Below, piece after piece: positions 22,138 through 32,060 of a stretch of DNA of 64,000 bases. The translations under genes were made by a program, and so were the position numbers. The stretch covers positions 32,001 through 96,000 of the forward strand of contig CAWDLW010000023.1 in assembly GCA_963803145.1 (NCBI GenBank), written 5' to 3'. How positions within the stretch are numbered: position 1 is the stretch's first letter; each line of letters begins with the position of its first letter. A model generated the notes under the pieces. The model saw only the letters and a program-made list of their open reading frames with translations, was not told the DNA's origin and did no database searches. The stretch comes from Methanotrichaceae archaeon (lineage in GTDB: Archaea > Halobacteriota > Methanosarcinia > Methanotrichales > Methanotrichaceae).

Positions 22138-22320
22138 TTATGCCTGCCCTTTAAACTTGACACCATGCTTTTCCAAATATTCGCGTATCGCCTTCTCTGC
22201 AACCTCTGAAACTCCTCTCATTTGCCCTGTAGATTCGAAGGCGAATTTTCTCAACGCCGCGGCCACTTCTGGTGATAACGATATATTCATTTTAGTTGGC
22301 GTTTTTCTCTCAGGCTCCAT
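22138..22320 (-). CDS. Ribbon-helix-helix regulator
   Basis: KMNISLSPEV...LR ... SEVAEKAIREYLEK. Confidence 0.8.
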   Translation of the reverse strand: MEPERKTPTKMNISLSPEVAAALRKFAFESTGQMRGVSEVAEKAIREYLEKHGVKFKGQA

Positions 22321-22490
22321 GCTTGTTATATGTCTAAATCTTTAACTATTAACCTTTTATCATATTAAGCCACTTAGGAAGAAAAAGAGTTAAATATCTT
22401 ACTCTCCTATTAGGTCATTGGTGAGTTGAGATGATTGGAAGAACAATTTTTGAGAGCGGTTTAGAGACCTTAGCATCGGAGGCGGTCTAA

Positions 22491-23075
22491 ATGCCCTCCC
22501 TACTCCACCCCGAAAACTCCGTCCAGACAGCAGCCGATCCAATAGACACAATAGCGACCGATCCAGCAACCACATCCATGTTATCAGAGCTGACTGCATC
22601 ACTAGCCGAACTTTGGCCCCTCACCTTCAATATCATCGATCTGCAAAAGCAAACCCTGGAGAAAGAAGCCTCCATCCTAAAAGCAATCGTGGAGAAGGCC
22701 ACGCCTCTGGTGCCTCTGCTGTGTGAAGACTGTGAGCAATGTTACCGCCGTGAGATTGTCATCCTGGCCAGAGAGGAGAGAGTGCAGCTTGATGATTTCG
22801 GCTTTTTCAGCGAGCACAGGCTGATTCTCTACGAGAACGGCCTGCTGGCAAGAACTCATCGCTATGGCCAATCAATGAAAGATCTGAATTTTGGATGTGA
22901 GAACACCGATGAGGATGTGCTTACACCTGAGTCTGCTATAACCACATTCGGCTTCACGGCAATTTCAAAGGGCTTGATGAGGATTCTTGGAGATGCGTCA
23001 TCGATGGCTGTACTCAAAGAGGAGCTAGAAGGCAGGCTTGCGGCTTTAGCTGAGGCATTGGAGGCTCTACGATAA
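22491..23075 (+). CDS. Hypothetical protein (paralogue of 15706-16284)
   Basis: Conserved duplicate, divergent from an RHH gene as in copy 1. Confidence 0.8.
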   Translation: MPSLLHPENSVQTAADPIDTIATDPATTSMLSELTASLAELWPLTFNIIDLQKQTLEKEASILKAIVEKATPLVPLLCEDCEQCYRREIVILAREERVQLDDFGFFSEHRLILYENGLLARTHRYGQSMKDLNFGCENTDEDVLTPESAITTFGFTAISKGLMRILGDASSMAVLKEELEGRLAALAEALEALR

Positions 23076-23118
23076 AGGGATTAGCTAATCTTATTTTATT
23101 CAACCTTACAGCATATAT

Positions 23119-23211
23119 TTTCCCGAACCTTCTCCCGAAAAGGGGCTGGGGGTTGCTCGCATGGCGACTAAGCGCGCTAGAATAACCGTTAGTATTAGCC
23201 CCAGAAGAAAA
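23119..23211. repeat. Structured dispersed repeat R7 (diverged)
   Basis: CTTCTCCCGAAAAGGGGCTGGGGGTT...GCGCGCTAG...GTTAGTATTAGCCCCAGAAG. Confidence 0.8.
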
Positions 23212-23381
23212 TGCAGTCTCTCTAATTACAATGAATTTAGCCAAAAGCAAAGTTAGAGACATTCTTTTATGTATACTCTTGAATTTAAATTTCTTGAAGA
23301 ACGCTATCTTTTGCCTGTTGCTCACATGCCGGGAAGTTCCAATAGCATCAATCTGGATGAACCGGCAATGGTTCGATGCCT

Positions 23382-23880
23382 TTATTCTCCTGCAAGCTTC
23401 AGAACAGCTTCTCGTGTCTGCTTCGCCAGGCGGAAGCCTAATTCCTGGAGCCTATCAATAGATGGTTCAACTGCTTCCAGGTGCCCCGCACGTTTTGCAT
23501 CCAGCAATAATCCCAGTGTACCTCTAATAGGTATTACTTTTGCAGTGGCAATGCGCCGAGCCAGTGCATCATCCAGAAGCGGGAGGGCTTCCCGGCATTT
23601 CAAGCGCCAGCATCAGTACCTGGGATTCACCAGGTCCGAGATCTGTTATTAGGGGCTCTGCTTTTGCGCTGACAGGCACTTGGATCTTGACCCAGCTTAG
23701 ATTCTCCAGCTTTGGCAGGTCTAATCCTTTTGCGATGCCTGCATCCAGTTCAGCTCGGACGGAAGGAGGGACAATAATAGATCCAACAAGGGCTGGAAGA
23801 ATCCTCAATTGACCTATCTGATGCAGATATTGCAGTGGCGATGTATTGCAGATGACCTTGGGCAGGGCTTTTTTAGGCAA
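23382..23880 (-). pseudogene. DUF3368 PIN toxin, frameshifted (copy 2)
   Basis: Near-identical to 13991-14489, with the same frameshift. Confidence 0.8.
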
Positions 23881-24163
23881 GGCTTGCCTCCGCCTTGAGA
23901 TCTTCTTCCGTTAGGCGAAAAGTATCCACGCCATAGTTCGCCAGGCTGGCCAGGAATACCGTTCGTGGAACTCCTGCCAGCTTTGCAGCTGCACCGGAGG
24001 ATAATTTTCCAAGTTCAAAGAGCTTTACAGCAGCAGCTAATCTCAACTCCTTTCCGAGTTCATCCGGAGACATCTTCATCGCTAACAAGGCATCATCCGG
24101 AACTTGCAAGACTATCTCGCTCATACGATCTAATCTTTCGTTATGGCTATTGTATTTTTGCAT
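23873..24163 (-). CDS. UPF0175-family antitoxin (copy 3)
   Basis: Near-identical to 14482-14772. Confidence 0.85.
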   Translation of the reverse strand: MQKYNSHNERLDRMSEIVLQVPDDALLAMKMSPDELGKELRLAAAVKLFELGKLSSGAAAKLAGVPRTVFLASLANYGVDTFRLTEEDLKAEASLA

Positions 24164-24262
24164 ATAGCTTTGTGGTTGATAGTTCATCTTTTGTTTATAA
24201 TTACAGCCAGATATCATGCAAGTGCATAACCGCTCATTCAGTTACGTCAACCTTATCGCCTG

Positions 24263-24355
24263 TTTCGAGGGACTTCCCCGTAGAGGGGTTAGGGGCAGCC
24301 CGCGCGGCTTCTCTCGCGCGCTGGAATAGCCGTTAGTGTTAGCCCCAGAAGAAGG
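24263..24355. repeat. Structured dispersed repeat R8
   Basis: CTTCCCCGTAGAGGGGTTAGGGGCAGCCCGCGCGG..CGCGCG...GTTAGCCCCAGAAG. Confidence 0.9.
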
Positions 24356-24440
24356 TGAAGCTTTTGAATTATTTCATTCAGCTCCAAAAACAAAGTAAGG
24401 ACGATTCTCCAATACACTCTTGTGATCTCTTAGCCTGTGC

Positions 24441-24686
24441 TCATACTACCTTGAATGCCACGCCCACCGCCTGGAACTCTGATGTATCCTGGCGCTCAAG
24501 CTTCGATTTGATCCCCTCGAATCTCCTTACGGTCTCCTGAGAGTACAATCTCTCGCCGCACCTGAGACATACCTCGGCACATACTTTCAGGACCGCTGTA
24601 TTTACGCCGCCCCGAATTACCTTTTCTACTTCCTTCTCCACTAGACTACCGCCACAAACAGGGCATCTCTCGAAAGACGTCATCAT
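24441..24686 (-). CDS. YgiT-type zinc-finger protein (MqsA-like antitoxin domain)
   Basis: CPVCGG ... AEVCLRCGERLYS. Confidence 0.85.
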   Translation of the reverse strand: MMTSFERCPVCGGSLVEKEVEKVIRGGVNTAVLKVCAEVCLRCGERLYSQETVRRFEGIKSKLERQDTSEFQAVGVAFKVV

Positions 24687-24864
24687 TCAACCCTATAGAT
24701 CCTCCTCCAGCTCCATTTCTCAATAATGGCACTAGATCTTATGATGACCTACATGAATCGCTCCGAATACTTTTCACAGGCCGGAGTATATAAAGTCAAT
24801 CATTTCAAGATTATACGCAATTTGCGCAAAGTCTTTTATCATCTTCAATAGATAATCTGATAAT

Positions 24865-25059
24865 ATGGAGACAAAGGAATTGATTCATCGAGAGATCGAG
24901 GCTTTCCCTGAGCCCTATCTCGAAGAAGTGCTAGACTTTATACACTTTTTAAAGGATAAGGCAATGAAAAAGAGAATGGAAGCTGCGATTCTAAGTGAGT
25001 CAGTTCTTGCCAGGGATTGGCTGAGTCCAGAGGAGGATGAAGCTTGGAAAAATTTATAA
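24865..25059 (+). CDS. DUF2281-like antitoxin
   Basis: EIE.FPE..LEEVLDFI.FL and SE..LA.DW.SPEEDEAW. Confidence 0.8.
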   Translation: METKELIHREIEAFPEPYLEEVLDFIHFLKDKAMKKRMEAAILSESVLARDWLSPEEDEAWKNL

Positions 25060-25376
25060 AAGGAGATATAGTTGTACTTCCCTTTCCGTTCTCAGACTTG
25101 ACTGAGGCGAAAAGGCGTCCTGCTCTAGTACTCGCAGAACTTGATGGGACCGATAGAATTCTTTGCCAGATAACGAGCCAGAATTTCGAAGACAGATACG
25201 CTGTTTCAATAGATGAATTAGACTTCGAAGAGGGCTCCCTTAGAAAAAGAAGCAATGTTAGACCGAATCGAATATTCACTGCGGATAGCAAGATAATTCT
25301 GTATAAAGCAGGCCATATCAAATCCAGTAAGATAGATGAAGTCGTGAATAGAATAATCGAAATCTTGACCCGCTAA
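25044..25376 (+). CDS. MazF/PemK-family toxin
   Basis: KGDIVVLPFPFSD...KRRPALV, ILCQITS. Confidence 0.9.
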   Translation: MEKFIKGDIVVLPFPFSDLTEAKRRPALVLAELDGTDRILCQITSQNFEDRYAVSIDELDFEEGSLRKRSNVRPNRIFTADSKIILYKAGHIKSSKIDEVVNRIIEILTR

Positions 25377-25451
25377 TCTGCATTGCTGCTTTCCACGATC
25401 TCAATATCCTCATTCGCTATCTACATGTCCCACTCAACCTCGTAACCTGCA

Positions 25452-25546
25452 TTTCGAAAATCCTCCCCCAGCGAGGGGTTAGGGGCAGCCTGCGCGGGCG
25501 TTGGAGCGCGCTATCGTCACCGTTAGTTTTAGCCCCAGAAGGAAGT
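25452..25546. repeat. Structured dispersed repeat R9
   Basis: CCTCCCCCAGCGAGGGGTTAGGGGCAGCC..GCGC..GCGCG...TTAGCCCCAGAAGGAAG. Confidence 0.9.
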
Positions 25547-25593
25547 GTTAGCTTTTAAATTATGTAATTAGCCATAATCCAAATCTGAGCGGA

Positions 25594-26037
25594 CTATGTA
25601 TCTGCTTGTATCTTCAGAAATTCCTCTATTGCATCTATAAACTGATCAAAATCGTCGATATTATCTATCAGGATGGAAAATGCAACTTTATCATCGATTT
25701 TTCCATACCTGTGAACAACTATATTTCTGAATCCCTTCATCTTTCGGATCTTACCACTAATCTCCTCAGTCAAAATACCTTTTTTTGCCAGGCTCTCCAC
25801 TATTCCTTCCTCACTCTCGGGCATCTCCAATCTCAGATCAGAGTTAATGATGGCGCAAATATCGATCACATTCTCGACTGCAAATTCTGCCCTCTTGTAG
25901 ATACCATCTTTAACTAGCCCTAGCCTTGAAAACTCCTCGAAGCTCTGTGGAAGATGAGATCTTACCAACTCTATGCTATCCTCTATCTCAGTCATCTTAT
26001 CTCTGATGAGATCAACTCTGAGGCCCTTCTTTCTCAT
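25594..26037 (-). CDS. HEPN (DUF86/HepT) RNase toxin
   Basis: RX4-6H motif in GFRNIVVHRY. Confidence 0.9.
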   Translation of the reverse strand: MRKKGLRVDLIRDKMTEIEDSIELVRSHLPQSFEEFSRLGLVKDGIYKRAEFAVENVIDICAIINSDLRLEMPESEEGIVESLAKKGILTEEISGKIRKMKGFRNIVVHRYGKIDDKVAFSILIDNIDDFDQFIDAIEEFLKIQADT

Positions 26038-26048
26038 TCTCCCCCCGC

Positions 26049-26438
26049 TTACCTTATTGCCTCCACACCAATATAATCATAATACCTGGGCTTGAAGGCT
26101 TCAAAATCCTTAATGGTCTCATATGCCTTATCGTACAGGAACTGCTTGCTATCGCAATACAGGATCTTTCCCTGCAGAACATCCCTCCTGAGATAAACGG
26201 GAAGCTGCTGGAAGATCTTGATGTCATAGATATCTTCGAACAGCTCCGAAAGAACCCTAAGCCTGAATTCGGAGGCATCCTCGCCCTCATAGTAAACACT
26301 GAGATCGATATCTGAGCCTTCTCTTATCCTGTCCTGTGAGGCTGAGCCGTAAAGAATTATAAAGCGAACTTTCTCGCGGCCGAGTTCTTTGATCTTCTGG
26401 ACGGCATGCTCAATTTTCTCGGATAGAAGTTGGCGAAT
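26049..26438 (-). CDS. MNT (MntA-like) antitoxin, missed by the ORF track; start codon uncertain (ATT?)
   Basis: Manual translation IILYGSAS..RIREGSDIDL ... FQQLPVYLRRDVLQGK; frame is open and lies directly upstream of HEPN. Confidence 0.75.
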   Translation of the reverse strand: MRQLLSEKIEHAVQKIKELGREKVRFIILYGSASQDRIREGSDIDLSVYYEGEDASEFRLRVLSELFEDIYDIKIFQQLPVYLRRDVLQGKILYCDSKQFLYDKAYETIKDFEAFKPRYYDYIGVEAIR

Positions 26439-26751
26439 AGGACGTCCCTCTCAGATTTATCGTTGTATGCAGTTCATAAGCTAGTTTAGCAAATTATTTG
26501 TGGCTATAGGTTTAAAGATATTTCGCCAATCGTCCAAAAAAATAGGCGAATTAGGAAGAACTTAAGGGTTAAAGTTTCAATAAAATTTTTAATGTCTCAA
26601 AAGTGCATTACTGAGTTTGGAGATAATCCATCAGCAGCGAGCAAGATTTCTTTGACAGGTCTAATCCTTTTGCAATGCCGGTATCCAGTTCAGCTTGGAC
26701 GGATGGAGGAACAATAATGGAATCAACAAGAGCTGGAAGAATCCTCAATTG

Positions 26752-27035
26752 AGGAAGTTCTTATAGCATGTTCAAGCTTCATCCTGGGTTGAAGAAACGC
26801 TATTGTGGGTGGAAATCTATGGCAAAACGGCAAATTCTTTCGATCTGTTGGAAATGTGACTGCTGATACAATCAAACACTATATTAAGGAATCTCAAGGG
26901 AAACAGAAAGCAGAGTTTCAATCGCGCAGATCAAGAGAATATGGACAACGAAGACTGGACGATTTCTGAATTCAAAAAAACTGGTCGTGCGGCCCGAAGC
27001 ATACCCCACCCTTTAGGGAGGTGGCCGCACGCAGT
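26752..27035 (+). mobile_element. IS200/IS605 remnant: TnpA (Y1) C-terminus plus end hairpin
   Basis: SYSMFKLHPGLKKRY / GGNLWQNGKFFRSVGNVTADTIKHYIKESQ; hairpin CGTGCGGCC..CCCCACCCTTTAGGGAGG..GGCCGCACG. Confidence 0.75.
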
Positions 27036-27141
27036 TTTATTGATAACTGTTGCAAAGCATGACTATATAAAGAAATCATGTTGATAATGCATTAACATGA
27101 TCTGAAAGACAATTATATGTAAAATAAAAACAGGTGATAAA

Positions 27142-28545
27142 ATGAAAAAATGCATAGCAATGCTTATTTCGCTCTTGGCTCTGACATCGCTTTTAATTAT
27201 ATATGCCATGGCCGATACCGGGAATGAAACTTCTAATAATGGCATTGTTGCAGTCGCAGAGAACCCTGTGATCTTGAAGGACGAGGTACTGCAGAATAGA
27301 GATAGTGCCAATTACACAGAGGTGCGACACATAGTCCTCAAGGGAACCGATGAACAGATCGGCAAGGCCCTGGGCGAGATCGCTAGGAAGGATTACAATG
27401 TCAGCCTGTACCCGTATGCTGATCCCATTTATGCCAAAGCTCGCCTGGACTACATGCAGAAGAATTACCCGGCTTTCTATGAGAGGATGAAGGGAGTGGC
27501 TGAGGCATACAACGTTTCCCTTAACTCCACAAACCTAGATCTCAGCGCTCTTATTTACGATGTAAAATTTCCTGACTGCTCAATGGTCTACTTCCCACCA
27601 TCTGTAACCTCTAATGGCCATGCCATGGTCTGCAGAAACGTTGACTTTTACAAAGTACCCTATGACATACTGGTTGGCAAGACTAATATCTCTAGCCAGC
27701 CCGATATATTGTCTAGAACCTTTGTGCTGGAGACCTATCCTACTGGGGGCTATTCGAGCCTGGTATTAGGCGCCGTGGATCTAATGGGATTTAGCGTCCA
27801 TGGATTCAACTCTCAAGGTCTGGGCGTTGATATGCAAGATGACAACCTCGGCCCCACCAACCCCAATTTTCAACTAGTTGGAGGCAGGAATAGCGGCATC
27901 TCAATATTAGATGTAGAAAGGATGATACTGGATAACTGCAAGAGCATCGATGAAGCGAAAATGGCCCTGCTAAACAACAAGATTTACTTATTCAATGTCG
28001 GCTTTCACTTCATGATCTACGATAAATACGGCAAATCCACCATAGCTGAGTTTCAAGGTCCCTTCGACCCACTAAAGGATGGCAGCAATGGCAGCATTCA
28101 CTTTACAGATCATTCCAACTCCACTGTTGTGATGACCAACCATCCAGTATACCTGTTTCCCACAATAGAGATTGTGAACAAATACATAGAGGACAATCCG
28201 ATCCCAACCTCATGCTATTACGACACTTGGGTGCGCTATAAGACTCTGTCAGACATCATATCGAACCACAAGGGAAAATTCACACCCCAGTATATGCTCG
28301 ATACTCTCAGTCATGTTAATGAAGAAGTGACTGGTGGTAGCCAGACTGGTGGAAGCGAGATGGACTTCAAAAAATCGAGAACTTTAGCAAACTTTCTGCT
28401 GGATCTTACCAATAGCACCTTATCAGTACGATTCTATCTAAGAGATGGCTGGACAGATCCAATGGAGGACCAAGATTTTTACTGTCCGAAAGGACCCCGT
28501 GGAGTTATCTTCTCACCGTTCTTTAACTTCACTCTTGAAAAATAA
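27142..28545 (+). CDS. Secreted Ntn-hydrolase (peptidase C45 / choloylglycine hydrolase-like)
   Basis: Signal peptide; catalytic Cys in DCS, RNVDF, GFNSQGL, MTNH. Confidence 0.8.
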   Translation: MKKCIAMLISLLALTSLLIIYAMADTGNETSNNGIVAVAENPVILKDEVLQNRDSANYTEVRHIVLKGTDEQIGKALGEIARKDYNVSLYPYADPIYAKARLDYMQKNYPAFYERMKGVAEAYNVSLNSTNLDLSALIYDVKFPDCSMVYFPPSVTSNGHAMVCRNVDFYKVPYDILVGKTNISSQPDILSRTFVLETYPTGGYSSLVLGAVDLMGFSVHGFNSQGLGVDMQDDNLGPTNPNFQLVGGRNSGISILDVERMILDNCKSIDEAKMALLNNKIYLFNVGFHFMIYDKYGKSTIAEFQGPFDPLKDGSNGSIHFTDHSNSTVVMTNHPVYLFPTIEIVNKYIEDNPIPTSCYYDTWVRYKTLSDIISNHKGKFTPQYMLDTLSHVNEEVTGGSQTGGSEMDFKKSRTLANFLLDLTNSTLSVRFYLRDGWTDPMEDQDFYCPKGPRGVIFSPFFNFTLEK

Positions 28546-28759
28546 GAGTCAGCATGCGCTGAAGGGTGTAGAATATGGAATGCAATGCGATGAATCAAGC
28601 GACGTTGAGGATTGTGTGGCTGATTGCAAGTTAGAAATTGTGAGGCATGGTGCATGCCTCTCCATTGTATCTGTGAGAAACTGGATGGTTGATCTCGAAG
28701 AAATGGCTAACTTCTCGAGCTCCTCCCATGCCTTGCTAAGCGCAATCTCGATTTGCATT

Positions 28760-29845
28760 TATAGTCAATTTTGCATCTAACTTCCTAATAGAAAACCTTA
28801 ATATTCAAGGCGTTAAATTATAGCTGATGGGAAGAAAACCTAAAGTCATAAAACATATCTCAAAAGAAGAGCTAGAAGACCTATATAGAAAAGAAAAAGA
28901 TCCAAGAATTAAAGAGAGGCTGTTAGCGATAATTCATCTTTATGAAAAGAAAAACATTTACGAAGTTCAGGACATTTTGAAAAAGAGCGATCGAACTATC
29001 AAGGATTGGTTAAGTAGATGGAATAATAAAGGCTATGAAGGACTAATACCAGGAAGCGGAGGTGGCGTTGAACCGAGGATACCTTCTCAGGAATGGGATA
29101 ATATTATTAAAGAGATTGAAGGTAAAGGGATGACTATCAGAGATGTTATGGTTTATGTCAAGACTACGAGAGGTGTAGACTATTCTTATAACACGACGTG
29201 GAAAATTTTAAGAGTGGATAAAGGAGTTAAGTATGGGAAACCCTATATTAAAAATGAGAAAAGACCAGAATATGCGGAAAAAATTTTAAAAAAGAATAGA
29301 TTGCGTGTTATCAACAGTCACTGATCCCATTGTGGGTTTTCTAGATGAGAGTTCATTGCAACAAAATCCCAATAAAAGACGAGTGATAAACACTCCTGTG
29401 ATAAAATATGATCAAGGCAGAAAGAGATCTAAGACTATATTCGGTTTTATGGCTATAAATGGCAACGATGCAGTCATGCTATCTGATTCGTCTAAGGCAG
29501 AAGATATGATTAGTTTTATCCAAGTAATAAGAACAGCTAACATTATGAAGCCAATATGTCTCCTGCTCGATAATGCAAAGATACATCTGGCAAAAACAGT
29601 TAGGATATTAGCTCAAGAATTGGATATCCACTTTATCTACTTGCCCCCATATTCGCCAGATTTGAATCCTATTGAGTTTGGATGGAAAGATTTGAAAAGA
29701 GATTTGAGTAAATTCCTTAATTTTGATGAGGCTATCGAAATGAGTGAAGAGTGTGCCCTAAAAATTATATATTTCAGGAAAGATGGATACTCTAGGCATG
29801 TGATAAATAAGGTTTTTAGTGAAGAAAGTTAGGAGATTGACTATA
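28760..29845 (+). mobile_element. IS630-family element, copy B (ORFs 28827-29324 and 29305-29832)
   Basis: IR TATAGTCAAT / ATTGACTATA; A6G slippery site near 29290; FLDESS, LDNAKIH, YSPDLNPIE. Confidence 0.9.
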
Positions 29846-30229
29846 ATTTTTGTTATGTTGCATAATTCGATGCCTCAACACTATGAGTATCCTTCGCGAC
29901 TACTGTCATATAGACCGCCGGGCTATTTCTCGTTAACGGATAATCCTGGAATTCAACGATATATTTAGCCTGAGAGAGTAAATGCTCGGACAGGAACGGC
30001 GCACAGAAAATTCCAAACCTATTTTATTGATGACTCGTTATAAAATGGTTGCTGATAAATCTATATACTTGATGATCAAAGCTGGCGCGGTTTGCGCCTT
30101 ATATGGCTGATAAGCATAGGAATCTCTAAACAAGCCCATATAAGGCGCCGAGACTACAGGTTCTCCGATCTATTACGTACGGGGTGAGATCCCCACATCC
30201 TTCATCACAATCTGGCTTTATCCTTTCTC

Positions 30230-30832
30230 TTACCCATTAATATCACGTATTACTATTGGTGAAGTCGAATGTTTCTGTTGTGAATTTGGCAACTGTGATG
30301 TTGGTGAGGGGGACGATGGTGTTTCAGAAGGATTCGTTGAGGCTCCTGAACCAGCTTTGGCATATGCTTCATTTGCCCGTTCATTATCCCCTACCTTGGT
30401 AAAGAGATCTCCGATACTTCGCCAAAGATATTCATTGTTGGGATCGATATTCAATGCGTTATTGAAGCATTTCGAAGCTGAATCATAATCGCCGAGGCGG
30501 GTAAATGTTCTACCTTCGCTGGTCAGTATATCTGCATTTGATGGGTCTAATTCAGAAGCCATTGTATAATACACAAGCGCTTGATGATAGAATCCCATAT
30601 TGTTCATTGTATCTCCTTGGCCTGCCCAGTTTAAAGCAGATTGCGGATTGTTTTCAATTACCTTGGCAAAGCAGACAAATGCATCGGCATAATTGTTCTC
30701 TGATAGCAACTGGTTGCAATCGTCTGAGTTACTGAGGGATGTGCTTTGACTGGCGCAGACCCCTGTTAAAAAATAACTCAACAAACAGAACATAATTAAG
30801 ATCTTTCCTCGTATCGTTTTCTGTTTGAACAT
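30230..30832 (-). CDS. Secreted TPR protein
   Basis: Hydrophobic N-terminus, TPR repeats, Ser/Pro-rich tail. Confidence 0.75.
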   Translation of the reverse strand: MFKQKTIRGKILIMFCLLSYFLTGVCASQSTSLSNSDDCNQLLSENNYADAFVCFAKVIENNPQSALNWAGQGDTMNNMGFYHQALVYYTMASELDPSNADILTSEGRTFTRLGDYDSASKCFNNALNIDPNNEYLWRSIGDLFTKVGDNERANEAYAKAGSGASTNPSETPSSPSPTSQLPNSQQKHSTSPIVIRDING

Positions 30833-31289
30833 TCCTCATACACCTTAAATAACCGTTACAATTCTATAACTATATAGCTTTATACTCCTCCTTGTAAATT
30901 AACTCTTAAAAGCAATGCATTGGCTACGGCGCATATTTGCTATAACAGGCCGATTCGCTTTACCTATTCATCCATTGATACATGAACGATCATTGAAACG
31001 AGTCCTAGAAAACAAATCATTCAGGATCAAGAGATCGAGAAGGAAAGCCACCAGCTTGCCCGGAAAATGTATAAGGTATCTTCTAGATAATATTCTCTTC
31101 ATAGCCGCAGTCAAAAAGAGATGGACTAAGAGCACTGAACTCACGGAGAGAGCACCATTATGCAATTCGTGAATCTACACCGTTAAGCTTTTTATAGTTC
31201 GCAGCTACATATGACATGGTGGTATTATCACCCTCAGACTTATCTCAATATTAATTAGCTTCATCATAATTATTTCCCCAGCCGCATCG

Positions 31290-32060
31290 GTGGAGACGGT
31301 TATAACGGTGTCTGGGTCCACCTCAATGCTCCCTTTGATAGCTGCCGCTGCCGAGGCTTTCAATGATCTGCAGAAAGAGTATTTCGTTACAGTTACAGGA
31401 GGAGGCACGGTGCCTGGCATTACTAACACTGCAGAACGAAAAGATGACATAGCCATGGCATCCAGAGCGCTTACAGAGGAAGAGAAGTCTAATTATGGAA
31501 ATCGGTTCCAAGAGTTTCTCATAGGATATGGGGATATCGTAATAGCTGTAAGCCAGGCTGTTTATAATAAAGGAGTTACAGACCTTTCGAGTGAACAGGT
31601 TAAAAATATCTACCTGGGCAAGATAACCAATTGGAAAGGGGTAGGAGGCCCAGACCAAAATATCTATGCGATAGCCAGAATGAATGGCTCGGGAACCGGG
31701 GATATCTTTAATGAGGTCATTCTGGGAAATGTGAGCGCTGAGACACCTGGAGTTAGCACCAATACTTTATCGGATGGAGAGACCTATACGGCTATAAATG
31801 GGAGTGATAAAGCCATAGGGTACCTGGGACTAATCTATGCTCAGAGAGGCAACATTAAACCAATAGCTTTAGATGGCATTCAGCCAAGCGTTAATAGCTT
31901 GAGGAATGGCTCTTATAAGCTCACTACTAAGCTTTACTTATATACATATGGAGATCCTAGCCCTGGGGACAAGAAATTCATTGAATTTTTACTTAGTGCC
32001 GAGGGCCAAAAGATAGTTGAGGAGACAGGTTTCACTCCGCTGGACTATATTGCAGCGTGA
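31290..32060 (+). CDS. pstS: Phosphate ABC transporter substrate-binding protein (orphan)
   Basis: SGSTSMLP, DIAMASR, R..GSGT, AIGY; an in-frame hydrophobic leader upstream lacks an ATG. Confidence 0.8.
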   Translation: METVITVSGSTSMLPLIAAAAEAFNDLQKEYFVTVTGGGTVPGITNTAERKDDIAMASRALTEEEKSNYGNRFQEFLIGYGDIVIAVSQAVYNKGVTDLSSEQVKNIYLGKITNWKGVGGPDQNIYAIARMNGSGTGDIFNEVILGNVSAETPGVSTNTLSDGETYTAINGSDKAIGYLGLIYAQRGNIKPIALDGIQPSVNSLRNGSYKLTTKLYLYTYGDPSPGDKKFIEFLLSAEGQKIVEETGFTPLDYIAA

